From the NCBI GenBank assembly GCA_002269645.1, contig NIVC01001530.1:186001-250000 (forward strand): 64,000 bases of DNA. Direction: 5' to 3'. Position numbers and translations under genes: made by a program. This stretch comes from Macrostomum lignano (lineage: Eukaryota). Positions within the stretch are counted from its first letter, which is position 1, and the number at the start of each line of letters is the position of its first letter. The notes beneath the pieces are model-generated. The model ran no database searches and was not told where the DNA came from. It saw only the letters and a program-made list of their open reading frames with translations. Below, in pieces: positions 36,087-47,000 of the stretch.

Positions 36087-36495
36087 CAACAACAAAAGAC
36101 GTCGTCAGTCAGTCAGCAGACAACGTTACAGAGCGCGTTTCAAGGCCTGGGTGCGAATGTAGGCCGCGCCGCCGGCAGTGTCCGGGGCGCCGGAATCAGC
36201 CAGTGCAGCAGGCAGTCGACGAAACGCCGAGTGCGCGCCTGTCCGCCGCCGGTAGGGTGCCTGCGGCTTCAGCAGCAGCACCTCCTGCACCGGCTGCACT
36301 GACAAGGCAGTACGACTCTCGGATGATACGGCCTGCCAGCTGGAGTCGCCGACGGCGCAACAATTCGCTGGGACGGGACAGGCCGGTGCGGCGATAGAGT
36401 GCCGCATTGGTGACTCGCTCGTAGCCGATCTTGAATCCGTCAGCGTCCAGGTCTTGGCGTTGTACAACAGGACGCTCTCGATCACCGCCTGGAAC
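36087..36495 (-). mobile_element. 5'-truncated RTE-like retrotransposon 3' end with (TTG)n tail and 12-bp TSD
   Basis: FQAVIESVLLYNAKTWTLTDS and LYRRTGLSRPSELLRRRRLQLAG; TSD gttgttcaacaa at 36075-36086 and 36496-36507. Confidence 0.88.
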
Positions 36496-37222
36496 GTTGT
36501 TCAACAAAGCTGCATAACTAAAGTCTTTTCCCAGCACAGATGCCATTGTTCACACTTATTTCACGCCAATGCAATGATATGGAGGGTTGGACAGATACTA
36601 AAGGTGGAAATGTAATCACGTGGGGAACATAATGTAAAGTTACATTGGGGAGCAGCTGTGGAATAATGACCACAACTAGTTGCCATTGTCTTAGGGAAAT
36701 AATGAAATAGAATAAAAATTTTGTTTTTGGATAGCTACATCAAGATAAACTCTGAAAAATACTGTACCACATTTTTATCTGCCAGTTTTCATCGGTCCGA
36801 GAAAATTCTGAACCAACTGTAAATTGATTTGATCAATATTTGACCCGCGGAGCTACTGGCGGCACGGTAATGTGAACCGTGTTGAAACAAATTATAGCAG
36901 AACTAGAACAGTTTTACTTCAAGTATACAGAATTACAACGTTACTTTATCTGGATTATTTGTAGACTGCAACTTTACTGTCATTTTCTTGTATAGTCAAA
37001 ACAATAATTATTCTAATAAGTTGCTGGACTAAGATAGCTCTGAAAATTATGAAATTACGAGCCCGTACGTTGGACCAGTTACGGAGAATATACAAATAAT
37101 TTGTTGGAGTCGTATGCAGAATTACACACCAATTGGTTAAACAAACTACAGTCTCTGTGCATTTTTTTACTGCGAGTGGCGACTAAAAGTGAAATATTTA
37201 CTTTACGTTAAACATTTATAAG

Positions 37223-37595
37223 TTATACATCGTAAAACTCTGGCAGTTCAACCAGTGGCGAAGCCTCCAAGCCTCTTTCTGGCTGCTTTCTGAACTGCTT
37301 CTCGTGAGTCTCGAAAACGTACTCAAGCAGCTGGTCATCTGAGGCCGGATAGAACAGCAGGTCGGAGATGACGGTTGTGAGTTTGGACTTCAGCTGCAGC
37401 AGCCAGTTGATGGACTCGATTGCCGGTTCCACGCTCTGCTCGGGCAAAGCAATCTTCATCCAGGACACTGTCTGATCCAGGACGTTGGTTTCGTAGAATC
37501 GCGCCAAAATTCTACGAAGTATATCGACTTTAGTGTCCTCGTGCGTCGAGATGCCTTTGGCTGACAGCTCGATCTCCAGAATGTAGAGACTCAAA
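37223..37595 (-). CDS. ABCA-like copy 3, exon 3
   Basis: Acceptor attcag|T TTG AGT (phase 2). LYILEIEL...MKIALP...INWL resembles the last exons of copies 1 and 2. Confidence 0.75.
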
Positions 37596-37811
37596 CTGAA
37601 TTTGAAATCGGGTTACGGGTTTTGAAGTACATGTATTAAGCTAATCATTGGGAAATAACGGATAAAAAGATTAATTGAAAATGAAACAATCAATCAAGAG
37701 GTTGGGCGTCAACTGAAGCACGGGAGCGGAGCACCATAAAGGTCGGTATCATTTAATCAATGTCAGAGTTTGCAGACACGCACATCTTCCGCTTGCTTGG
37801 AAATCTGATAA

Positions 37812-38014
37812 AATGATGATAACAATAATAATAATAACGGATTACACCTGCCAAAAATCGCTGGCATCCATTTGACAGCTGTTTAAACTGAAGCAAAGTG
37901 TTGAGGAAGTTAAGTGTCTTCCTCAAATACACAAATTGTTCCAATGGGATCAGGAATCGAACTCACGACCTTAAAGTCGTGAGTCCGATGGTTTCACCAC
38001 AAGGCTTACAACCC
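37812..38014 (-). mobile_element. Diverged tRNA-headed CORE-type SINE copy, ABCA copy 3 intron 2
   Basis: Matches the other copies over head, CORE and (ATT)n tail. Confidence 0.75.
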
Positions 38015-38511
38015 TCTATGCTAACAACCCCTGATAAAAAAATTTAGGGAATACAGGCTTGATTTATTTTTGTTCAAGTAATCAGGTTGATAGATTTTTT
38101 TACTCGTATGCATTTTACTTGTGTGAATCTAATATCGCTAACCAACTAATAATGCTTTTATAAACCCGATTGTTTTTGCCAGTTCGTGAATTGGGGGTCT
38201 CCCACCAAACCGGAATTCGGCCTGAGGGACGGGTTTTAGCAGACTGTTAAAAATCTCGGGTAAACTGGTATCTCCTATAGTGTTTACCTGTCGTTAATAA
38301 AGTTTAACCTAGTCGACGAGAAACGCCGAGAAACCCAATGTACCGTACATACATGTACATGTACGTTCGGTTTGATCCATGCTTCGGGCGCTCTATTCTA
38401 GATCTTTTAGTTTCTTAAGTATTTCCCATTTTGAATTTAATTACCGCTACGTGGGTATAACTATAGACAAAACACTTCAGATAGAGATACAACCAAAATC
38501 TTTTTACGCAC

Positions 38512-41500
38512 CTTTCCCGGATATCACTCATTGTATCAACGCACATTAGCCCGCCCTGGTTAATCAGTCCAACCAACGATGGCGCCTGCGCTGCTACATT
38601 CAAATCGTGCGACGTTGTTATCAAGGTCATATTTTCCGTGCCGTTCTGTAAAATTGATCGCATGATGTTCATATCTTTAGGAGAGGTAACACCAGTAGAA
38701 ACATCATCAGCTATGAACAGGATAGTCTCGTTCTTCATCAGAGCAATCACTAAGCCCAATCGCCTTTTCTGACCAACCGACAGTTGACTAACAAGCTTGT
38801 TCTTGCATTGGACCAGGCGAAAATCTTCCAGCAGCTGGGCCAATCGTTCGAAAGACACGCCGAGCAAGTTAGAGTAGAACAGAGCATGTTCAACAACTGT
38901 GGCAAGTTTGAACAGAGGGCTGCGATGCGGCGAGTAGGCCACAGCCTGCTTGAATTTTACTGCTCGACCGGACACCCAGCGGCCCGAAGCGCCGCTACGA
39001 ACCCGACACTCGCCACTGCTTGGAGTCAGCCGACCGGCAATCGCCGACACCACGGTTGACAAACCGGATCCTGTTGACCCAACGAAAGTCAGCACTTTGC
39101 CTGATTTAACGTCCAAGTTTACATCGTGAACCGCGCAGATACTGGGACTAAAATATTTAGTCAGTTGCTGAACCTCCACTACAGAGTTCCCCTGCTGGCT
39201 GTTGAAGTTTCTAGGGTAGTCTGCATTCATAGTATTGTGATAACCACTGGTAGCATTCTGCATTATTGACACATTGTTTTTCGCATTAGCACCGGTACTT
39301 TTATAGCAAAGATTCTTTTTGATAAGTGGCATAAGCAAAATTACGGCTGTGAGTGTTGCGAAGTGGAGGGGAATAACTATTAGGCACGCAAGAATGTGCC
39401 GCTCCGTGTAGGCAGCCAATCTAAACCGCGAACTATCAGCGCCATCGTTAATAAAGTTGAAAAACTCTAATGAGTAACGATACACTTTGGTGCTATAGTA
39501 TGAAAGCATTCCTGTGGCAAAAGGTGGCAGAGCAACTATCATGGACAGGCTTAGCGGAAATACCGATGGCAAAATTATGGAAAAACTGCTTATCAGTATC
39601 GATACTATTAGATAGGCAGTTGGAAGTAGTCTTCTTAAAACACTCGGTATTATGAGACTGAGAAGATAGACCAGTAGTAGATTATTCATCAAACCGAAGG
39701 TGACTGTCAGAAAACACACCAGCCATTGATATTTAGAACCGTATACTACAGGATTAATGACCATTCGTACTATGATAGCTAGACAGTACACTGGAGCGTA
39801 TTGCAGCCAGAGCATGAGCAGCTGGCCAATGAAATATCTTGCTGGACTGACTCCCACAGAGACTAGAAATGAGGGCCACTTCACGGATCTTTGCTGTAGT
39901 AAATCATTAATATAGTAAGCTGGCAGAACGCAGACGATAAACAGCTGAGATGTCTGACCTAGCAGAGGCAGCGCCACGCTGCGATAGTCATTCACGATTA
40001 GAATGTGAAAGTTTGCGGTCGTTTTCACTGCTGGCATGAAATATTTCATAGCTGATAAAGACGCGATGAAGGCTGATGCGGTAGAGAAGTCCGGATGACT
40101 ATTGACCCGTAAGATCCGATAACCAGCTGCCGATCGTAATTCAAGCTAGTTCTGCTCCACGAGTTCGCGTACGCAACTGGGCAAGGCAGCTCGTTTTGTT
40201 TGACTGCAGTGCAATGCTTGTGAATTTGTTTTAATACAGCCGGCGTCTGAAGGTAACTGTACAGTTGCGTGTTCCACTGCTTTGGAATGACTATGTAGTT
40301 GTTCCCGGCGATGACAGATCCTGTAAGCAACATGCCGCACCTGTACTGATCAATCTTGTACTTTGACGGCACATCGTTGTCGTAAATGCAGACGCCTCTG
40401 GTGAATTTCTTAACTGGCAGATTGGAGATATTTCGCGAAACTTTAAGTTTCGTTAGCCATGCTTTCTCTATAAGGAGAGGCGCAGCGAAAAAGCCGAGTA
40501 AAAATATTGGCACAAAGATACACTGACAAAATATTCGACAGCAACTTCGGCGATGAAGCAGACAGCTGAAGCGACAAATTCCTCGGACAGCTCCGAAAAA
40601 AGTAGTTTCCGAGTTTTTGGGAATTCTTCTTCTTTGAGATAATTCGCTATCGAAATGATCGCCGCTGTTTTTAAACAGATCGTCTGCCTCGATGTTCTTG
40701 GAGTGGATGCCAGACGAACTTCTGTTTTGACGACCATTTAGAAATAGACTGTCAATCTTCCCAGTATTCACTCTTCTGAGCCGGTTGTACAGTTCAGTCA
40801 AAGTCAGTCGCTTCAGAGAAATCTTTTCAACGTCTTGTTCTATACTTTTGAAGGCTTTTATTACTTTCATCGTCAGGTTGTCATCGCTGCCTGTCAGGCG
40901 ACTATCGAAGTGCGCCGAAAGCAGCTCCTTCTCGAGTGTTAACTGAATTTGACCATTCAATACTGACGACAATTGGGAACGAAGTTTCTCAAGCGCGCTC
41001 TCGCCCCGGCTGGGATCTCGAAGGCGCGCCTGGACGATAAGCTCAAAGTTGGCGGCCAGCCGCATATACATGTACTGGGACGAGCCGGCGCTAGCGATAT
41101 TCTGACCACTCGGTGACGATAATAGTATCAAACGATTGGCCCGCCGTTCCATCTCGTTAATCTCATCGGGCGAATGAGCCGCTACGCCAACAACTATGCA
41201 ACGCTGTTGGATTCGGTGCTCCTCGAGCAGGCGCCACAGTCTCTGTCGCGATGCTGGGTCAAGGTGGCGAGTTGGCTCGAACAGCACAACCAATTTTGGA
41301 TTGCCTAGTAGTGCGCAGGCGATGCTGAGACTGCGGGCTTGACCGGTGCTTAAACTGGAAACCCGACGAGGTAGAATGTCAACGAGTCGCAGCAGAGCAA
41401 GAGTTGGGTGAATGTCCCGCTCGCACTTGATCCAACTCATGCCTCTGCTTACGAGCGCCATCTGGAGGGTGTGCAGGACTGTCAGGTTGTTGCACAGAGC

Positions 41501-41691
41501 ATCTTCCGCTGGGCACACGCTGACTCGGGTCTGCGATAACGGCCTGTTTCGGCTGTTGGCAGCTACTCTGCCGTCAATCCAGAGGCTGCCGCTCGTGACA
41601 GGCTGGGCACCTGTCATCACTCCTAGAAATTCGTTCACCTTGCTGGCGTCGTCGGCGATTACCGCCGTGATTTGATTGTCGTACAGGTCAA
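38512..41691 (-). CDS. ABCA-like copy 3, exon 2, with a frameshift at 40106-40108
   Basis: Acceptor ttcacag|TT GAC CTG gives VDLYDNQITAVI. Both NBD folds are recognisable (LSTGQ, VVLFEPT, LSVGQKRRL). Joins ORFs 40046-41737 and 38415-40049; donor GAAAG|gtgcgt. Confidence 0.82.
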
Positions 41692-41969
41692 CTGTGAAGA
41701 ATAAATAAAAAATTGCTGTGTAAAGTTTATTGAGCATGCTGGTGCATGGTAAGCGATAGAGATTATATAACGTAAGGTAATAATGTAGGATTGCTCAGGG
41801 AACTGTGACTTAGTGTGCAGAATTGCCTTAGCACGTACGAACTATCGACTGCAGTATACGAGCGTAGAATGATACCTAATGAACTGCGTCAAGAATTGCG
41901 CTACCAAATTGTGAGTTAGTTTGACACTTCTGAAGTTTCATGAATACAGGAACGGCAATAAAGACTTAC

Positions 41970-43407
41970 CAGAAAATTGTCCAGTCTGCGCTTCATTATG
42001 ATCGGCATCGTTCGTCAGCGGCTTGCAAGACACTTTAGCATATCTGACTATGATATCATTGTTCTCAAGAAACTCAATGCCAGGTTGCTGTTTGAACATG
42101 TCTGGCAGGTCGAAACCTGGCGCCGCCGTGCAGACCCGTAAAATAGGGGAATAACGCAGCGCATTGCCCGTGGTCAGAACGTAGTCCAGAAAGAGCGTCA
42201 GTAAGATATTTACAGCAGAAAACAATACATTAATTAGAACACCTGTCGCATGAAATTTATTCTCGATCTTAGGATTCACTTGGCCAACCAGATTGGCTTG
42301 CAGCTGTTCGGCAAAGTTGCCGCACGGCAACAGAAGCAGACCCATTTGTAGCTGCTTTAAGCCGACGAATTCCAGTGATTCTTGAGCCAGTCGGTTACTA
42401 ATTATGAGCACTCCAACTGCGATTACGTAGGTTATCGTACCCTTACAGATTGCGTAGTAGTTGTTAGTTAGAACAGTTAAAAGTAGCATGAATGACGCTG
42501 CGCAGTACAGGAAAGACCCTGTTTGCACTGCAATAAGGTACACGCGCTCCGGAGAGTAGAAACCGGGACACTGAATGTAGAACGACAGCGTCATGCAGAT
42601 AGATAGTAGAAGCACCTCTGCACTTGTCCAGAGCCACACAGAGGCCCAGTAAGACGCTGGCGATAGGCCCTTGCGAATCATCAGCTGCAGAAAGCCGCAG
42701 CTTTTGAGCTTCACGATGCAAGAAATTGTGGTTAATAAGAAGTAGAAGCAGAAAATTGTCATTACTAGGATTGACAGAAAGCAAAGTAGTTTAGGCAAAT
42801 AAAAGAAGTAGTTTCTATCTGCTTGACAAAAATTTTTAGACGTTGATTCCTCGCTAATATCGCTGGCATCCGAGGTCAGATGAAACATGCTGTAGTTCTG
42901 AAACCAGTCTGTAGCGTCTTCAGTGGCGCTGGAGTAGAAGAAAATGCTGCCAAAGAACGAGCAGTAAAGTTCGCTGGCGTAAGTAGCCGGACAAACAAGA
43001 GCTTTTCTGTCGTAATCAATAAAAAATTTCTGCCGCTTTTCATTGTTGTGCATCATGTTTGAATAAAGATTTGATACGCACGAGTCCCAATTCGCACACT
43101 TCCAATGGGCCTGATTCTCTTTCAGATTTGAATCCATGCTCTTCAGCATGCTCAGCGTAAAACTCAGCGTCGTAGAAGATAATTGATCCGTGTAAATTAT
43201 ACTTGGCTGAGCTTGACTAATCTTGTAACCGGTTATTCCCGTCAGCCTACCTTTGCCGCGCGCATGTAACCAACCGCTAATAAGCAAGTGGTTCCATTGG
43301 ATGCTAAACAGAGTTAGGAGCAGCAGTGGCAGAAACAGCACCAGATTCCAGGACTTCAGCGCTAGTTGAGTGCGTAAGAGAAACAGGGATTGGCTCACGG
43401 TGCCCAT
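41970..43407 (-). CDS. ABCA-like transporter copy 3, exon 1 (TMD1)
   Basis: LALKSW, ELYC and QLMIRKGLSPASYW are shared with the paralogs. Donor TCTG|gtaagt (phase 1); same length (1438 nt) as copy 1 exon 1. Confidence 0.85.
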
Positions 43408-43551
43408 GGCGGATGGCTATGGCTAAACTGGAATTTTTCTAGCTACATTTAGTGTACTTAGGGTCAAATTATAATCAACAAATGCCATTTATATACTTGG
43501 GATCATAGACATGCATTTTTCTGAAGGTTCCTCACTCAATCCAATTGAAAG

Positions 43552-43864
43552 CATGGAGGAAAGAATAGAATGGAGTGCTAATCTCAGCCAGTTATTTTTG
43601 TCTCGCTCGATTTTCACTTTTAGCATCCCTTCACCCCCGTTCCTTCCTATTGGCTCGTGACTGTCATAGACAAAGTCTTTTTCGTCTCGTTTTCGTTTTC
43701 GTTCCCCTCTGAAAGGTCTGTCCCAGAATAGTACGAGCTCGCATCAAATATGCTTTCAGCCAATAGGAAGGAACGGGGGGAAAGGATGCTAAAAGTGAAG
43801 ATCGAGCTAGACAAAATAACTGGCTCAGATTAGCACTATATTCTATTCTTTCCTCCGATCCATG
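43552..43864. mobile_element. MITE, 313 bp, with about 105-bp TIRs (CATG termini; hAT/P-like)
   Basis: 43552-43655 is an imperfect reverse complement of 43757-43864; flanks attgaaag/attgaaac form a 7/8 TSD. Confidence 0.82.
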
Positions 43865-44096
43865 ATTGAAACGACTTGTCACAAAGTACGACGTGAAGTA
43901 GCATTTTAAAGATTTCTGTCAGTGTGGCACATCGAAAAAAATTACACAACTTGCTAAATTATATTTTAATCTGCTATAAATGCGAACGAATTAAATTCAC
44001 GGTAATTTGACACTATTGAAAGATTGCGTGAAAGATCGATTCTTTTGCATAGATATTGTTTAAGAACGACATGTACAGGTCTACGCAACCCTAAAG

Positions 44097-44506
44097 TCAG
44101 CAGCAGATGCCACCAGAGCAGATCGCCGACACGCGGTGGCCCGCAGGTTGTCGCTGACGATCAACACCGTCAAGCCAGCCGCAGCAGTCGTCGGGTTGAT
44201 GCGGCCGCAGTCTGACTGCTCTGCCGCCACCGCCACTGCCATCGCCACCGCCACCGCGGGGAATTCTTAGCGCTGTCTGGGCCGCCGGCACGTCGAGGCA
44301 AAGCAGTCGCAGCTTTGGCGGCAGTCTATCGTTGCTAAGCAACCATTGGCGAAGCTCTCTACCCGAGATGTCGCAAGCATTAGCTGACAAGGTCAAACAG
44401 TTGAGACCCTGCGACAGTCGCTGTGCCGTCTCTGACAGCATGCGAAGATCGGAAGCTGCGACAAAGCGACATGCAATCGAAAGGATGCGAAGCTCGCTGG
44501 ATTTGC
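44097..44506 (-). CDS. F-box/LRR-like gene, terminal exon
   Basis: Acceptor atccgcag|GC AAA (phase 1); Leu-rich LxxL repeats (ELRILSI, LNCLTL, KLRLLCL). Confidence 0.6.
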
Positions 44507-45202
44507 CTGCGGATGAAAGCGGGTAAAATTATTGACGTACACGTATGTATCGATTCTTACTACTCATAATCGATTCTTACTACTCATAGCTCTGATGGTT
44601 CAGGTGCTGCTGCTGACGCTGCAGGCACCCTACCAACAGGGCGCGAACTCAGCGCTTTTCGACTGATTGCTGGCTGACGCGGTGCAAGCTTTCGGGCCAA
44701 TGTTTTCTTTCGCACAAGGCCCTAAAGCGCGCCCTGTGATACTCCTTGCAGCATCATTCTCATGACCATCATCAGTATTAGCAGTGGCGTAATTATCATT
44801 TTTTAGCAATTTGACGATCATTATTCACATTTTTAATGCAGAACAATCCATTACTACAAACAATGCATTGTCTGTAGGATCGTCAAACAGAAAAACAATG
44901 CAAAGAATCAGCGGTCGCAGCACGTGACAACGATTTGTGTCTATGGCTCGCGCCTACCGGCGCTCGCAAGACAATCGTTGTCACGCACTGGGACCGCTGA
45001 TTATTTATCCATTGTGATGACCTACAGTGAAGCTGTGTTGAGTTGTGTGAGAGGGGTTGATGGAAGCGCAGGGGAAGGGATGTTCATATTGTCGCGAGCG
45101 ACGCGTCACCCATTGCTTGCTTGTTCCTTCCTTTCTCCCCCCTTTTCCTTTGCGTACATGTATAAGAGATCCTCGAGGGACTTTGTTGCTTGCGTACGGT
45201 GC

Positions 45203-45770
45203 TTGCTGAGATGTCAAGGCCTACTTGCTGGATTGTTGAGATGTCAAGGCCTACTTGCTGGATTGTTGAGATGTCAAGGCCTACTTGCTGGATTGTTGAG
45301 ATGTCAAGGCCTACTTGCTGGATTGCTGAGATGTCAAGGCCTACTTGCTGGATTGCTGAGATGTCAAGGCCTACTTGCTGGATTGTTGAGATGTCAAGGC
45401 CTACTTGCTGGATTGTTGAGATGTCAAGGCCTACTTGCTGGATTGTTGAGATGTCAAGGCCTACTTGCTGGATTGTTGAGATGTCAAGGCCTACTTGCTG
45501 GATTGTTGAGATGTCAAGGCCTACTTGCTGGATTGTTGAGATGTCAAGGCCTACTTGCTGGATTGTTGAGATGTCAAGGCCTACTTGCTGGATTGTTGAG
45601 ATGTCAAGGCCTACTTGCTGGATTGTTGAGATGTCAAGGCCTACTTGCTGGATTGTTGAGATGTCAAGGCCTACTTGCTGGATTGTTGAGATGTCAAGAC
45701 TAAGGTGAGAAGCTACATGAAGTTTATTCAAAACGTTTTATTCCATTCTTTGTTGGCTCCCCGACGGTGG
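45203..45770 (+). mobile_element. 30-bp satellite (tacttgctggattgttgagatgtcaaggcc, about 16 copies) with a Helitron-like tail homologous to the 33.5-kb element
   Basis: Near-perfect array followed by agaagctacatg...ttccat.ctttgttg.ctcccc.acgg, as at 33.9 kb. Confidence 0.75.
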
Positions 45771-45862
45771 GCGCTAATGGAAGCGACAGGCTCTTTACTA
45801 CATGTATACTAGTAGTATGCATAAGTATGAGTAGTAAAATACGCATCCTCTTCAAAACTAAC

Positions 45863-46540
45863 CGGCCTCAAGGTCCGCAAGCGCCGACGATGGCGGCAGC
45901 AACCAGTCGCCAGCCCGCAGGTCCAGCAGGCTCGCCAGCGACAGTCGCAACGATCGAAGCCCGCTGGGCAGACGACGAATACATCGACGGGTATGCAGGC
46001 CGCCGCCGCCGCCAGAAGACGCAGTCATGTCCAACAGCAGATGGCGAACATTCGGCACCAGAGCTGTCAAATCCAACGAAACCAGCTGATAATCTTTATC
46101 GGCATCAGACGACTGCAGTTGAAGACGCTGCAGTTCAGACAGTTGAATATTCGAATTGGCGAGTCTGGCAAAGTCTACGAAACCAACAGTCAGGTCGCGC
46201 AGACAGGTTGGCCAGGACAACGGAAACAATGATGAAGTTAGACAGAAATTTTTCTCATTCGAAGAGTCCATTGAACGTAGAAGTACTAAAGTCTCAGTCT
46301 GGGCTAGTTGCCTACCAACGTTTTCATCGGTTGATGTTTTCTTAATTGCGGCGTCCAAGCTTGTAACAACAGCTCCAGTGAACGGATCGCGCAGAACCTC
46401 AGCTGCATCAGCGACGCCAATGCCGCTGCTAGTGTGACGATAAAGTATAAAAGCTGCGGGACAGCACAAATTAATATGAAGTTAGCCAAGTTTTGAAGTT
46501 CCACATCCATCATGCAAGGATGTGACGATGCATTGGTCAT
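45863..46540 (-). CDS. F-box/LRR-like exon B (one frameshift near 46330-46350)
   Basis: The N-part in ORF 46304-46564 (CAVP, SLMQL, IRSLELL) and the C-part in ORF 45858-46469 (LSELQRLQL, PNVRHLLL, SGLRSLRL) both resemble exon A. Donor GCCG|gttagt (phase 1). Start codon uncertain. Confidence 0.55.
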
Positions 46541-47000
46541 CAAATCTCTAATGTTCCACGACACAGTATATGCTTATACATTGACTAAGTGCGTGCATAT
46601 AAGTCAGGGCAGATCTAGCATACAAGAACGACTTAAGAAAACAGGAGTCCTATATTCGCAAATCTTGTATTGCATTCATTAATTAAGGATGTGTCTTATC
46701 CCTGGCTATCCATATAGCCTTCTTTTCATTGCTTCTCAAGCTCTTCAGGCTAACGAAAAACACTAAAATAAAGCTTGGAAAAGCGCTATCGCTCGCCCTT
46801 AGATTTGTTTTAAATCAGAACCGGAAGAAATGAAGCTCTGCTTTTTTGTTGAGTCGCAGTTTTTACTTTTCATACACGTGTATCTACTTTCTGACCTTTG
46901 TGGGTAACACTCGTGGTGTTTTTTTCGTAGCTAAATACTCGGTTTTAAGAGGTCTTCTCTCAAACAAGCCTATTACTAGAGGCTGCTTTATTATTATTAC

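Noticed and set aside
33366-45731. ORFs made of 10-aa repeats (MSRLTEGIAE, LDISTIQQVG)
   Set aside because: Translations of the 30-bp intronic satellites.
6500-46000. Frequent TACATGTA and TAGGCCTA palindromic octamers
   Set aside because: Scattered without positional pattern; looks like a genome-wide compositional bias.
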